The notes below the pieces were generated by a model. It had not been told where the DNA came from, ran no database searches, and worked only from the letters and a program-made list of their open reading frames with translations. The translations under genes and the position numbers were made by a program. From Candidatus Hadarchaeota archaeon (lineage in GTDB: Archaea; Hadarchaeota; Hadarchaeia; Hadarchaeales; JAGGTB01), in NCBI GenBank assembly GCA_964384105.1, contig CAYLJV010000001.1, positions 192,001 through 256,000 of the forward strand: a DNA stretch of 64,000 nucleotides, read 5' to 3'. Positions 28,820 through 38,245 of this stretch are shown here, piece by piece. Within the stretch, counting starts at the first letter, position 1. The number at the start of each line of letters is the position of its first letter.

Positions 28820-29227
28820 ATGCATGAGTGGGCTCTAGCAGAAGGTGTGATTAATACAGCTATAGAAGTGGCTGAAGAAAATGATGCCAAGGAAATCATT
28901 GAAATAAAGATAAAAGTTGGGAGTCTTCAGCAGGTGGATCGAGAAGCTTTCGAATTTGCGCTCAAAGAAATTTCTAGAGAAACTATGGCTGAAAATAGTA
29001 GGAAAAATATTATTATCGAAAATGCAGTTTTAAAATGTCGTACTTGTGGAGAAGTTTGGGAACACGATAAGACGAAAGAAAATCTATCTGAAGAAGAGAC
29101 TGAATCGATCCATTTTATCCCTGACTTGGCTCATACTTACATTCGCTGTCCTGAATGTAATAGCCCGGATTTCAAAATCGAAAGCGGGCGTGGCGTATGG
29201 ATAGAATCCGTGGAATTGGAAGGGTGA
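28820..29227 (+). CDS. hypA: Hydrogenase nickel chaperone HypA (Thermococcales-type)
   Basis: MHE Ni site, CRTC...CPEC, IHFIP insertion. Confidence 0.95.
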   Translation: MHEWALAEGVINTAIEVAEENDAKEIIEIKIKVGSLQQVDREAFEFALKEISRETMAENSRKNIIIENAVLKCRTCGEVWEHDKTKENLSEEETESIHFIPDLAHTYIRCPECNSPDFKIESGRGVWIESVELEG

Positions 29228-29955
29228 ATCTTTTGGATCCTAGGATCAGGGTAATCAGAGACCGTCTGGATAGAGTTGACAGGCTTGTTCCTGTTGCTAG
29301 CGGGAAGGGTGGTGTTGGAAAAAGTTTGGTCGCTTCAACTACCTCTTTGATCTTATCTAGAAAAGGGTACGACGTTGGACTTTTAGATTTGGATCTTCAT
29401 GGACCATCCTCTCATGTTATACTAGGGGCCGGTAATCTTGATTTTCCTGAAGAGGATAAAGGGGTAATTCCTCCTGAGATCGATGGTATAAAATTCATGT
29501 CAACTGTTTATTATTCTAAGGATAAGCCATCTCCACTTAGAGGTGGGGATATTTCTAATGCGCTTAAAGAGATTCTTACTATAACTAGATGGGGGGATCT
29601 AGATTATCTTATTTTGGATATGCCGCCCGGTACAGGGAACGAAACCCTTGATCTTATACAGCTTATGAGAAGTGCAGAGTTCCTTTTAGTAACAACTCCC
29701 TCCAAGGTGGCACTGAGTACGGTAAGGAAACTAGTAAACATGTTACAGGAGTTGGAGGTTCTAATAGCAGGAATTATCGAGAACATGAAAACTGATAGCT
29801 CACCATCAATTGAAGAGGAGATCGAGAGTTTGGATATAGCTTATCTTGGTGAAATATGGTACGATAGTAATCTTGAGAAAGCTATAGGTGAGCCAAAAAA
29901 ACTTCTTGAAACAGATTTTGCTAGAGAATTGGAAAAAACACTTCCTTATTTTTAA
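29224..29955 (+). CDS. hypB: Mrp/MinD-family ATPase, ATP-type HypB
   Basis: GKGGVGKS, DLDLHG..SHVILG, FPEEDKG, TITRW, DMPPG; lacks the ApbC CxxC; GTGA overlap with hypA. Confidence 0.8.
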   Translation: MNLLDPRIRVIRDRLDRVDRLVPVASGKGGVGKSLVASTTSLILSRKGYDVGLLDLDLHGPSSHVILGAGNLDFPEEDKGVIPPEIDGIKFMSTVYYSKDKPSPLRGGDISNALKEILTITRWGDLDYLILDMPPGTGNETLDLIQLMRSAEFLLVTTPSKVALSTVRKLVNMLQELEVLIAGIIENMKTDSSPSIEEEIESLDIAYLGEIWYDSNLEKAIGEPKKLLETDFARELEKTLPYF

Positions 29956-29982
29956 CTTGGATAGGGGAGTTTTCAGTCTTTT

Positions 29983-30396
29983 TTAAAGTTCGGCAGGTGA
30001 GGTCATCACTAATTTTCCGTGTTTAACACCTTTTCTACTGATTAGCTTATCTGAGGTTTCTTTAACTTCCTTAGCTTTTCCTTTTATTGCTATGATCTCC
30101 ATACAGTTGTGTTTATCAAGATGCAGATGCATGCTAGAAAGAACTTTCGCTTCTGCGCTGTGCTGGAGGTCTGTTAGCTCGTCTGATATTCCACTTACAT
30201 CGTGGTCATAGATTAATGTTAAAGACCCAATTATCTGTTCATTTGGATCCTTCCATTCTTCCTCTACTAAGAAGTCCCTTATCAAGTCTCTAATTGCCTC
30301 AGATCTGTTTGTGTACATTCTTTCTTCGATTTTTTTATCGAATTTTTTGAGCAGCTCCGAGGATATTGATACTCCAAATCTTTTTGCATATTCCAT
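29983..30396 (-). CDS. nikR: Nickel-responsive regulator NikR
   Basis: RFGVS RHH domain, [25 protein letters not shown]. Confidence 0.96.
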   Translation of the reverse strand: MEYAKRFGVSISSELLKKFDKKIEERMYTNRSEAIRDLIRDFLVEEEWKDPNEQIIGSLTLIYDHDVSGISDELTDLQHSAEAKVLSSMHLHLDKHNCMEIIAIKGKAKEVKETSDKLISRKGVKHGKLVMTSPAEL

Positions 30397-30459
30397 GTTG
30401 AATCCCAATTGAATTTCAGCTGGCTGATTTATTTTATTTTCGCGTTTAGAATTAGTTTT

Positions 30460-30558
30460 TTGATACTAAATAATATTTTAGTGTAACTTTCGTGTTACTT
30501 TTTTTTAATAGGTGCGAAAAATTTATATGGTATTACAAATATTTTCTTAGTGTTACAC
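30460..30558. promoter_or_regulatory. Candidate NikR operators in the divergent nikR/fmdE promoter
   Basis: GTATTAC-N13-GTGTTAC at 30530-30556; further gtgtaac/gtgttac half-sites at 30481 and 30492. Confidence 0.55.
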
Positions 30559-30565
30559 TTGAAAT

Positions 30566-31282
30566 ATGCTGCTGATAAATATGAAAAATTTTCAAAACCC
30601 CCGGGAAAAAATACATACTTGGATTAAATCCGAAAATATTGAGGCGTTACTTTTAGAATCGGCTAAATTACATGGGCATGTTTGCCCCTTTCTTACTCTT
30701 GGAGTTCGAGGTAGTGTAGTGGCTGCGAAAAACTTGGATGTTGTAAATCGAGGCATGGAGGATATACTTGCGGTTATAGAAACAAATAACTGTTTTTCCG
30801 ATGGGGTTCAGTATGTTACAGGCTGTACGTTTGGAAATAACTCTTTGATTTACAGGGATTATGGAAAAACCGCATTTACGTTTTTGAGACGAGGTGCTGA
30901 AGGAATTCGGATATCAGTTAAACCTGATTTCGGAGATTATTTAGAGGACTCCTATCCTTCGTATTCAGAATTGTTCGAGAAGGTTGTAGCAGAGAGAAAT
31001 GGGAATAAGAAAGATCGCGAGAAGTTAATGAAATATGCTATTCAAATTTCACGAGAAATTATTGAGGTTGATTTTAATGAGATTTTTAGAATGGAGAATG
31101 CGGATCCAGAGATACCGGATTACGCGCCTATTTTTGAGAATCGAATATGTTCAAGCTGTGGAGAAAATGTTATGGCTTCACGGGTTCTTGAGAACGAAGA
31201 TAAAAATTTGTGTATTTCCTGTGCGAATGCGGATTTCTATGAGTTAAATGGGGATGGAATCGAGAAAAAGGAGGTTCAATAA
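30566..31282 (+). CDS. FmdE family protein with C-terminal zinc finger
   Basis: HGHVCP, ETNNCFSDGVQ..TGCTFGN, CSSCGE...CISC. Confidence 0.9.
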   Translation: MLLINMKNFQNPREKIHTWIKSENIEALLLESAKLHGHVCPFLTLGVRGSVVAAKNLDVVNRGMEDILAVIETNNCFSDGVQYVTGCTFGNNSLIYRDYGKTAFTFLRRGAEGIRISVKPDFGDYLEDSYPSYSELFEKVVAERNGNKKDREKLMKYAIQISREIIEVDFNEIFRMENADPEIPDYAPIFENRICSSCGENVMASRVLENEDKNLCISCANADFYELNGDGIEKKEVQ

Positions 31283-32362
31283 TTGAATAGAAAACTTCTT
31301 CTTTTTCCAATTATCGCTCTAGTCTTAGTAACTTTGATGAGTCCATGGTTATTGGGTTCTGATGGAAATGTTGAAGGTCAGGAGAAGATTAAGATTACGG
31401 ATATGTCGGGAAGGACGGTCTATGTTCCTAGGGAGATAAAAAAGGTCGTAGGTATTGAGGCGGGTTCTCTGAGGTTGATTGCTTATCTTAACGATACTGA
31501 AAAGGTGGTGGGAATAGAGGATTTTGAGAAGAGAGATCAAACCGGTAGACCGTATATAGTTGCACATCCTGAACTTTTGGATCGGCCATCGATAGGACCC
31601 ATACATGGCGGAACTCCTGAGTTAATAGCTTCCAGGGAGCCGGACGTAGTTTTTTGGACGTATACAACTGCTGGTAAAGCCGATGATTTGCAGCAGAAGA
31701 TTGGTATACCTGTGATCGTCTTGGATTATGGGGACCTCGGACATAATAGAAGTAATTTTTACGAATCGCTTAATTTAATGGGAAACGTACTGGGGAGTGA
31801 GGATCGAGTCGAGGAACTAGTTTCGTTCATAGATGATACTATAGAAGATCTAAATGAGAGAACAGAGAATATTTCGAGGGAGAATAAACCTAGAGTATAT
31901 GTTGGAGGAGTAGGTTACAGAGGTGCTCACGGGATCGTATCTACTGAGCCAGCTTATGAGCCCTTCTCTTTTGTCAATGCTAGAAACGTCGCTAGTGGAC
32001 TCGGAGTAGAACATGCGATGGTTGATAAGGAGAAGTTGATCCAGTGGGATCCCGATATCATATTTGTGGATGAGGGGGGTTATTCCCTTGTCAAAAATGA
32101 TTTAGAGGGAGTAGAGTATGGCTCTATGAGCGCTGTAAAGAACCGGGAGATTTACAGTTTATTACCTTATAACTACTATACTGCTAATTTTGGAATCTTG
32201 CTTGCGAATTCATATTATATTGGGAAAGTTCTTTATCCCCATAGATTTGATGATATAGATCCTGAAAATAAAGCAGATGAAATTTTCAATAAGTTTGTGG
32301 GCGAATCAGTCTATGAAGTTATAGAGGAGAACCTTGGGGGTTTTAAGAGATTTGACTTTTAG
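31283..32362 (+). CDS. Metal-chelate ABC transporter substrate-binding protein (FecB/BtuF class)
   Basis: N-terminal anchor; TDMSGRTV.VP, PDVVF, EKLIQWDPDIIF, AVKN. Confidence 0.9.
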   Translation: MNRKLLLFPIIALVLVTLMSPWLLGSDGNVEGQEKIKITDMSGRTVYVPREIKKVVGIEAGSLRLIAYLNDTEKVVGIEDFEKRDQTGRPYIVAHPELLDRPSIGPIHGGTPELIASREPDVVFWTYTTAGKADDLQQKIGIPVIVLDYGDLGHNRSNFYESLNLMGNVLGSEDRVEELVSFIDDTIEDLNERTENISRENKPRVYVGGVGYRGAHGIVSTEPAYEPFSFVNARNVASGLGVEHAMVDKEKLIQWDPDIIFVDEGGYSLVKNDLEGVEYGSMSAVKNREIYSLLPYNYYTANFGILLANSYYIGKVLYPHRFDDIDPENKADEIFNKFVGESVYEVIEENLGGFKRFDF

Positions 32363-32367
32363 GAGTA

Positions 32368-33480
32368 TTGAGAATGAACGACGAGAGAAAAGAATACTCC
32401 GATGATTCTAACGATAGTTTGAGTAATAAAGTATTGAGAGGATACGAGGAGCATAAAAATAAAGCAAAGCTTTTCATAATCCTTTCATTTTTTTTGCTCA
32501 TAGTGCTAGTCCTTTTTTCTGTATCCATAGGCAGTGCAAATATACCTATATCTGATGTAGTGAGTGCAGTTTTTGGTAATGCGGAGGGTAGTCTACACCG
32601 GATTATATGGTATGTAAGGATACCAGAAGTGTTAGTTGCTATTGTTGCCGGTGCAGGATTGTCCGTTGCAGGAGTTGTAATGCAGAGCACTTTAAGAAAT
32701 CCTATTGGCTCTCCTTATACTCTAGGTATTTCTCACGCAGCAGCATTTGGAGCGGCTTTTTCGGTTATAGTTTTAGGAGCAGGGACAACTCACAGTAGCG
32801 GTCAAGATGCGGTTTTAATAAATAATCCGTATCTCATTACTATTTTTGCCTTCATTTTTTCTCTAGTCTCGATGTCGATAATGATAGTCCTTGCAAAATG
32901 GAGAAGGACTACACCAGCTACGATGATACTCACGGGAGTTGCATTAGGCTCTATGTTTACTGCGGGCTATACTGCCTTGCAGTACTTTGCGAGCCAAACT
33001 GAACTCGCGTCGGTAGTTTTTTGGACTTTTGGTGATGTGAGAAGGGCCACTTGGAGAGACCTGGGTATAATGACCGCGGCCGTTGTTCCTTCTTTTGTGT
33101 ATTTTGTGAACAGAAGTTGGGACTACAACGTAATGGACTCTGGTGATGAGTCTGCTATTAGTTTGGGTGTTGATGTGGAAAGATTGAGACTGTGTGGGAT
33201 GATCTTGTCTAGTCTTGTTACTGCTCTGATCGTTTCTTTTATAGGAATAATAGGATTTGTTGGTCTTGTAGTGCCCCATATAGTTAGAAAGTTGATAGGT
33301 GGAGATGAGAGGTTTCTTATTCCGGCTTCCTGTGTCTTTGGTGGCTTTTTATTACTCGCATCTGATACGGTCGCTAGAACTATAATTTCTCCGATGGTTC
33401 TACCGGTTGGGGTTCTTACTTCTTTTATGGGTGCTCCGCTCTTTCTTTATCTTGTTGTAAAAGGGAGGGAATATTGGTGA
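32368..33480 (+). CDS. FecCD/BtuC family ABC permease
   Basis: GVVMQSTLRNPIGSPYTLGIS, IGFVGLVVPHI, PVGVLTS..GAP. Confidence 0.93.
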   Translation: MRMNDERKEYSDDSNDSLSNKVLRGYEEHKNKAKLFIILSFFLLIVLVLFSVSIGSANIPISDVVSAVFGNAEGSLHRIIWYVRIPEVLVAIVAGAGLSVAGVVMQSTLRNPIGSPYTLGISHAAAFGAAFSVIVLGAGTTHSSGQDAVLINNPYLITIFAFIFSLVSMSIMIVLAKWRRTTPATMILTGVALGSMFTAGYTALQYFASQTELASVVFWTFGDVRRATWRDLGIMTAAVVPSFVYFVNRSWDYNVMDSGDESAISLGVDVERLRLCGMILSSLVTALIVSFIGIIGFVGLVVPHIVRKLIGGDERFLIPASCVFGGFLLLASDTVARTIISPMVLPVGVLTSFMGAPLFLYLVVKGREYW

Positions 33481-34253
33481 AGCTTGAGATAAGGGATCTA
33501 GAATTTAGTTATGATAGTACACCTGTTTTAGAAGATTTGAATTTGAGAGTAGAAGCGGGAGAAGTTTTGGGCATAATTGGACCAAACGGTTCTGGTAAGA
33601 CCACCCTTTTAAAGTGTATAAACAGGATTTTAGAGCCTCAGTTTGGGGAAATATTAGTAGGATCAACGGGGATCTCCGAGCTTGATAGGATTGAAATAGC
33701 TAAGAAGATGGGATACGTCTCTCAGATCCGAGGAAAAAGTTTTCCATCTACAGTTTTCGATACAATACTAATGGGTAGAAAGCCACATGGAGGTTGGAAA
33801 CCCAGTTCGAAAGACTTTGAAAAGACTTCTCGGATTATAGAGGTTCTTGGATTGGAAGAGATTTCGATGAGAGATGTGGGGCAGATAAGTGGGGGGCAAT
33901 TACAGAAGGTTATGATTGGCAGGGCTCTTGCGCAAGAGCCCAAGACCCTTCTCTTGGATGAACCTACCAGTAGCTTAGACCTGAAACACCAGCTGGAGGT
34001 AATGAATTTAATTAGTGATCAGGCAAGTAAAGGTGTTTCAGTTATAATGGTTATACATGATTTGAATCTAGCTGGTAGATATAGTGACAAGCTTGTAATG
34101 CTTTGTGATGGCAAGGTTTCGGCTGCGGGTGGACTTGAAATATTGAATTCGGATAATATAAGAAATATTTATGGGGTTGAAGCTGAAGTAGAGAGACGAC
34201 CTTACGGAGTAGTTGTGTTTCCTATAGACTCTGATAAAAATAATGTTTTATAG
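33474..34253 (+). CDS. FecE/BtuD family ABC ATP-binding protein
   Basis: GPNGSGKTT, ISGGQ, LLLDEPTSSLD, HDLN. Confidence 0.93.
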   Translation: MVKLEIRDLEFSYDSTPVLEDLNLRVEAGEVLGIIGPNGSGKTTLLKCINRILEPQFGEILVGSTGISELDRIEIAKKMGYVSQIRGKSFPSTVFDTILMGRKPHGGWKPSSKDFEKTSRIIEVLGLEEISMRDVGQISGGQLQKVMIGRALAQEPKTLLLDEPTSSLDLKHQLEVMNLISDQASKGVSVIMVIHDLNLAGRYSDKLVMLCDGKVSAAGGLEILNSDNIRNIYGVEAEVERRPYGVVVFPIDSDKNNVL

Positions 34254-34281
34254 TAGGGGCGTTTTTCCTTTAGGCCCGAAA

Positions 34282-34596
34282 TTATTTTCTTTCCTTTTTT
34301 TCTAATTTTTCCTCTACGGATTTCTTTTTTCCTTCTATTGTCAGATCTTTGTCTCTCCGATCATCAATCTCGAGAAAAGTCACGACCCGGGAGACCTCTT
34401 TATCGAAAACACTTTCATGCATTTTTTTGACAACTTTCAGGACTTCATCTAGCTCTCCTTCGATTATTGTGCCGGTAGAAGTAAGTTCATGTTCTAGGCC
34501 TGAATTACTTAGCTCTTTTGAGGCTTTTGCGACGTAATCGCTAAGTGAAGGACTTTTTGTTCCGATAGGTATTATCGTTACTTCAACAACGACCAA
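34282..34596 (-). CDS. MTH1187/UPF0045 thiamine-binding family protein
   Basis: IPIGT.SPSLSDYVA, GTIIEG, RV...IDDRRDK. Confidence 0.9.
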   Translation of the reverse strand: MVVVEVTIIPIGTKSPSLSDYVAKASKELSNSGLEHELTSTGTIIEGELDEVLKVVKKMHESVFDKEVSRVVTFLEIDDRRDKDLTIEGKKKSVEEKLEKKERK

Positions 34597-34815
34597 TTTA
34601 TCCCCTCCACCTATAATCGAGTTGTTGCTGGCTAATTATTTTTTCCATTTTTTTTAATAGTCTTGGTCAATTTTTTGTCAGGGTATAATGATAAGGTATG
34701 TCCGGAACATTTTTCAGAATATTTTTTAAATCTCGCCTCAGTTGGTTTTTCTGTAGATTTCAAATCTACGTAAAGATTTACATAATGGATGTTCAAGATT
34801 AAGTTGGAGTATACA

Positions 34816-36012
34816 ATGGTCAAGATTAAAGAAGATATTAGTTGGATCGGGGTGAATGATCGTGTTACCGACCTTTTTGAAGGGGTTTGGCCGATTCCGG
34901 AAGGGGTCAGTTATAATTCTTATCTTATAGAAGATGAAAAGATAGCTTTAATAGATTCTGTTAAATCTTGCTTTGAAGATGAGTTTATAGAAAATATTGA
35001 AGAGCTAGTGGATCCTCGGGATATAGATTACATAATAGTGAATCATATGGAGCCTGATCATAGTGGTGCTCTTCCGACCATTAGAAAGCTAGCTCCTGAG
35101 GCCAAAATTATCTGTACGAAAAAAGCAGTAAGCTTATTGGAGTCTTTCTATGGATTCACTGATAACATTCACCCAGTTAGGGAAGGAGACACTCTAGATT
35201 TGGGCAAAAGAGAACTCAAATTTTTTGAAACTCCTTTCGTTCATTGGCCAGAGTCTATGGTGACATATGAAACTTCTGAAAGAGTTTTGTTTTCCAATGA
35301 CGCTTTTGGTGGTTTTGGAGCTTTGGAGGGTGGTAATTTTGATGATGAAGTAAATTTAGATTACTACGAAGATCAAATCCTTAGATATTTTTCTAATATA
35401 GTTGGAGCATATTCTGCTCCTGTACAAGCTGCACTCGAGAAATTAAGCGATCTTGACATTGAGATTATTGCACCCTCACATGGCCCTATATGGCGAAGTG
35501 AACCCAATACTATCGTGAAGCTGTACGATAAGTGGAGTAGACTGGAAGGAGAAAAAGGAGTTACTTTGATCTATGGATCTATGTATGGAAACACTTCTGA
35601 AATGATGGAAGCAGTAGCGCGAGGATTGAAGTCGAAGGAGTGTACAAATATCAAGATTCTTGATGCATCTAGGGTTCATATGAGTTACCTCCTTTCGGAG
35701 TCTTGGCGAAGAAAGGGGTTAATAATTGGGACACCGACCTATGATGGAAGAATTTTTCCTCCTGTAGATCATTTTGTTCAACTCGCTAGGAAAAAGAAAT
35801 TGAAGGATAGAGTCGTAGGCTTGTTTGGTTCGTTTGGCTGGTCCGGCGGTGCATTAGATAGAGTAAAATCGGTTTCAGAGCAGCTTAATTGGAATTTAAT
35901 TGAGCCAATTTGCGAATTTAATGGTAAACCTACGAATGCGGATTTAAAGAGGGGTAAAGAACTGGGTGAAAAAATTATCGAGAGGGTTTTTGAGACTTGT
36001 GAAAATAAATAG
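34816..36012 (+). CDS. fprA: Flavodiiron protein (FprA)
   Basis: SYNSYLI, NHMEPDHSG, HWPES, DAFG, PSHG, SMYGNT flavodoxin domain. Confidence 0.95.
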   Translation: MVKIKEDISWIGVNDRVTDLFEGVWPIPEGVSYNSYLIEDEKIALIDSVKSCFEDEFIENIEELVDPRDIDYIIVNHMEPDHSGALPTIRKLAPEAKIICTKKAVSLLESFYGFTDNIHPVREGDTLDLGKRELKFFETPFVHWPESMVTYETSERVLFSNDAFGGFGALEGGNFDDEVNLDYYEDQILRYFSNIVGAYSAPVQAALEKLSDLDIEIIAPSHGPIWRSEPNTIVKLYDKWSRLEGEKGVTLIYGSMYGNTSEMMEAVARGLKSKECTNIKILDASRVHMSYLLSESWRRKGLIIGTPTYDGRIFPPVDHFVQLARKKKLKDRVVGLFGSFGWSGGALDRVKSVSEQLNWNLIEPICEFNGKPTNADLKRGKELGEKIIERVFETCENK

Positions 36013-36116
36013 TATTTCTTTTTTGAAAAGTGATAAAAATTAGAATTATTTTCGTTTTTTAGAATTACGAATTTCAACTAAAGAAGAAATAATTGAGATA
36101 ATTGAAGGGAGACTTG

Positions 36117-37286
36117 ATGAATTCTAAGAAAAAGATTGATTATAGTAGAGTATTAGAGAATTTGATAGAACTTAACACGAGTGTACCTCCCGGAGAGAAC
36201 TATGGGGAGTCAATTAATTATCTCGAAAGCTTGTTTGAAAAAGTTGGTTGTGAAACAGAGACGGTGAATATTCCTAAAAAGAAAGCTGAAGGACGAGAGG
36301 GACGGGTTAATCTTTTGGCGCATAGAAGAAACAATGGAAAACCTCGATTGATTTTTTATTCTCATATAGACGTTGTTCCTGTTCAAGGATGGAAAGGTTT
36401 TAAACCAAAGATAAAGAATGGGAGGCTCTATGGTAGAGGGGCTGCGGATATGAAAGGTGCTATACCGGCCCTGCTTTTGGCACTTGAAAAGCTTGAAAGA
36501 GATAATATAGATTCTAAGTACGATGTTTCAATTGTTGTCACAACGGATGAGGAGGTTGGTCAAGCTAGTCAACTTCATTATTTGAAAAAATTTTTAGAAC
36601 CTGTGAATAATGCATATATTTTTAATCTGGATACGGACTTCGGTTTTGTGACAATCGCTTCGTTGGGGATATTACAAATTAAAATTAAAATAAAAGGAAA
36701 ATCGGTTCACTCGGGACTGTCACATTTGGGTAGAAACGCTGTTGAGGATGCTGTACTTGCTATCGGAGAGCTTTTTGACCTAAAGAAGAAGGTTATGTCT
36801 AGAAAATCTAACATAAACGCAAACCCGGCCACGAAGCTGGAGAAGATGGAGGGGCGGTTGAATATAAATGTGATCGAAGGTGGAAAAAAAGAGAATGTTA
36901 TTCCTGATGAGTGTTTGTTTACCATCGATCGGAGATTAATACCTGAGGAAAATATGGATGAGGCCGAAGAAGAGTTGATTGCAGCGTTGGACTCCGCAAG
37001 AAACGTAAATTGGGAAATTTTGAATACACTCAAAGTTCCTTCATATTCTATTGATGATCCAATAGTGAATGAGTTGAAATTATTGATCGAAGAGGTGACT
37101 GGTGAGAGTGGCAAATATGGGATGATGGGCTCGGGGGATATATATTCAGTTGGTTCTAGCTGGGGTGCAATGGTTTTTGGAGTAGGGGTTATTCGACCCG
37201 ATTCTAATATTCATGGAAAAAATGAATTTGTAAGGCTTAAGGACATTGAGAATTTGGGTAGAATTATTTACGAATTTTTGAAATAA
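36117..37286 (+). CDS. M20 metallopeptidase (ArgE/DapE-like)
   Basis: SHIDVVP, GRGAADMKG, DEEVG, NIHGKNE. Confidence 0.9.
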   Translation: MNSKKKIDYSRVLENLIELNTSVPPGENYGESINYLESLFEKVGCETETVNIPKKKAEGREGRVNLLAHRRNNGKPRLIFYSHIDVVPVQGWKGFKPKIKNGRLYGRGAADMKGAIPALLLALEKLERDNIDSKYDVSIVVTTDEEVGQASQLHYLKKFLEPVNNAYIFNLDTDFGFVTIASLGILQIKIKIKGKSVHSGLSHLGRNAVEDAVLAIGELFDLKKKVMSRKSNINANPATKLEKMEGRLNINVIEGGKKENVIPDECLFTIDRRLIPEENMDEAEEELIAALDSARNVNWEILNTLKVPSYSIDDPIVNELKLLIEEVTGESGKYGMMGSGDIYSVGSSWGAMVFGVGVIRPDSNIHGKNEFVRLKDIENLGRIIYEFLK

Positions 37287-37464
37287 TGCTGTCTTTGCAT
37301 TTTATCTGGTTGACAGATCGATAATAGGTACGATATTTAATGTTTTTGTACAATATTAGTGAGAATTTCAAGGGATAGAGATTCATTTTTTCTCAGTTGT
37401 ATTAGGGAAATGATTGAGGGAAACCAATAAATAATGAGTAAGCAGTTTTGTAAATGGGAAAATA

Positions 37465-37737
37465 ATGGTAGAAGATATTGTAGAGAAGAAAAAAGTGGGA
37501 GAAATAACTCACTATTTCACAAATATTGGTGTTGGCGTGATAAAACTTAGCGACAAACTCCAGGTTGGAGATAGAATTTCTGTAGAAGGAGAAACAACTA
37601 ACTTTCAACAGGAAATCGAATCTATGCAGATAGAGCATGATGATGTAGAATCGGCAGATTCCGGTGAATCGGTTGGAATTAAAGTAAAAGATCGCGTTCG
37701 AGAAGGCGATGTGGTTTATAAGATTGAGAGTCAATAG
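37465..37737 (+). CDS. Stand-alone EF-Tu domain II-like beta-barrel protein
   Basis: VGEITHYF..IGVGVI, F.QEIESMQI, GESVGIKV..RVREGDVVYK. Confidence 0.8.
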   Translation: MVEDIVEKKKVGEITHYFTNIGVGVIKLSDKLQVGDRISVEGETTNFQQEIESMQIEHDDVESADSGESVGIKVKDRVREGDVVYKIESQ

Positions 37738-37802
37738 ACTGGTTAACTCAATAGTGGAAAATAGTTCTATTTCTTGTTCTGTGAAGCGAGATTAAATTTT
37801 TG

Positions 37803-38200
37803 TTATTTTTTCATGAGCGCATTTTTTAATTCAGGTATTCTTTTTTTGAGTTCTGGAGAGATCCCCTCCAACCGAAAAGTTATTGGGTTGTATATCTATT
37901 ATCAGCACTTTTTTCGGTGCTCCTTTCAATTTTTTAAAGAGCCCTACTATTTCTAGTAAGTCGTAGTTGTGGGGATTATTGGGACTATGGAGTGAATTTA
38001 CTTGATGCGGTTTAAAAAACAGATAATCCCCTGACTTTTTATTCATCAAAATTGTGTCACGATTATTACTTTTACTAGTTTTTCTAAAATATGTAGAATT
38101 TTTATTTCGTTTGAGTCTGTATCAATGAGTTCTATATTAGGGGGGGAGGTTCTCTTTCCTCATCGTCTTGCCTTAGAGGGTTTCCAATCATACTATACTT
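37803..38200 (-). pseudogene. Degraded hydrogenase maturation endopeptidase (HyaD/HybD family)
   Basis: Colinear fragments in shifting frames: IGNPLRQDD / LPPNIELID / KVIIV / PHNYDLLEIV..LKGAPKKVLIIDIQP / PELKKRIPEL. Confidence 0.8.
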
Positions 38201-38245
38201 TTTTCTATAGGGTATTCCACTGAACAGAATAAATTCGATAGCGGT

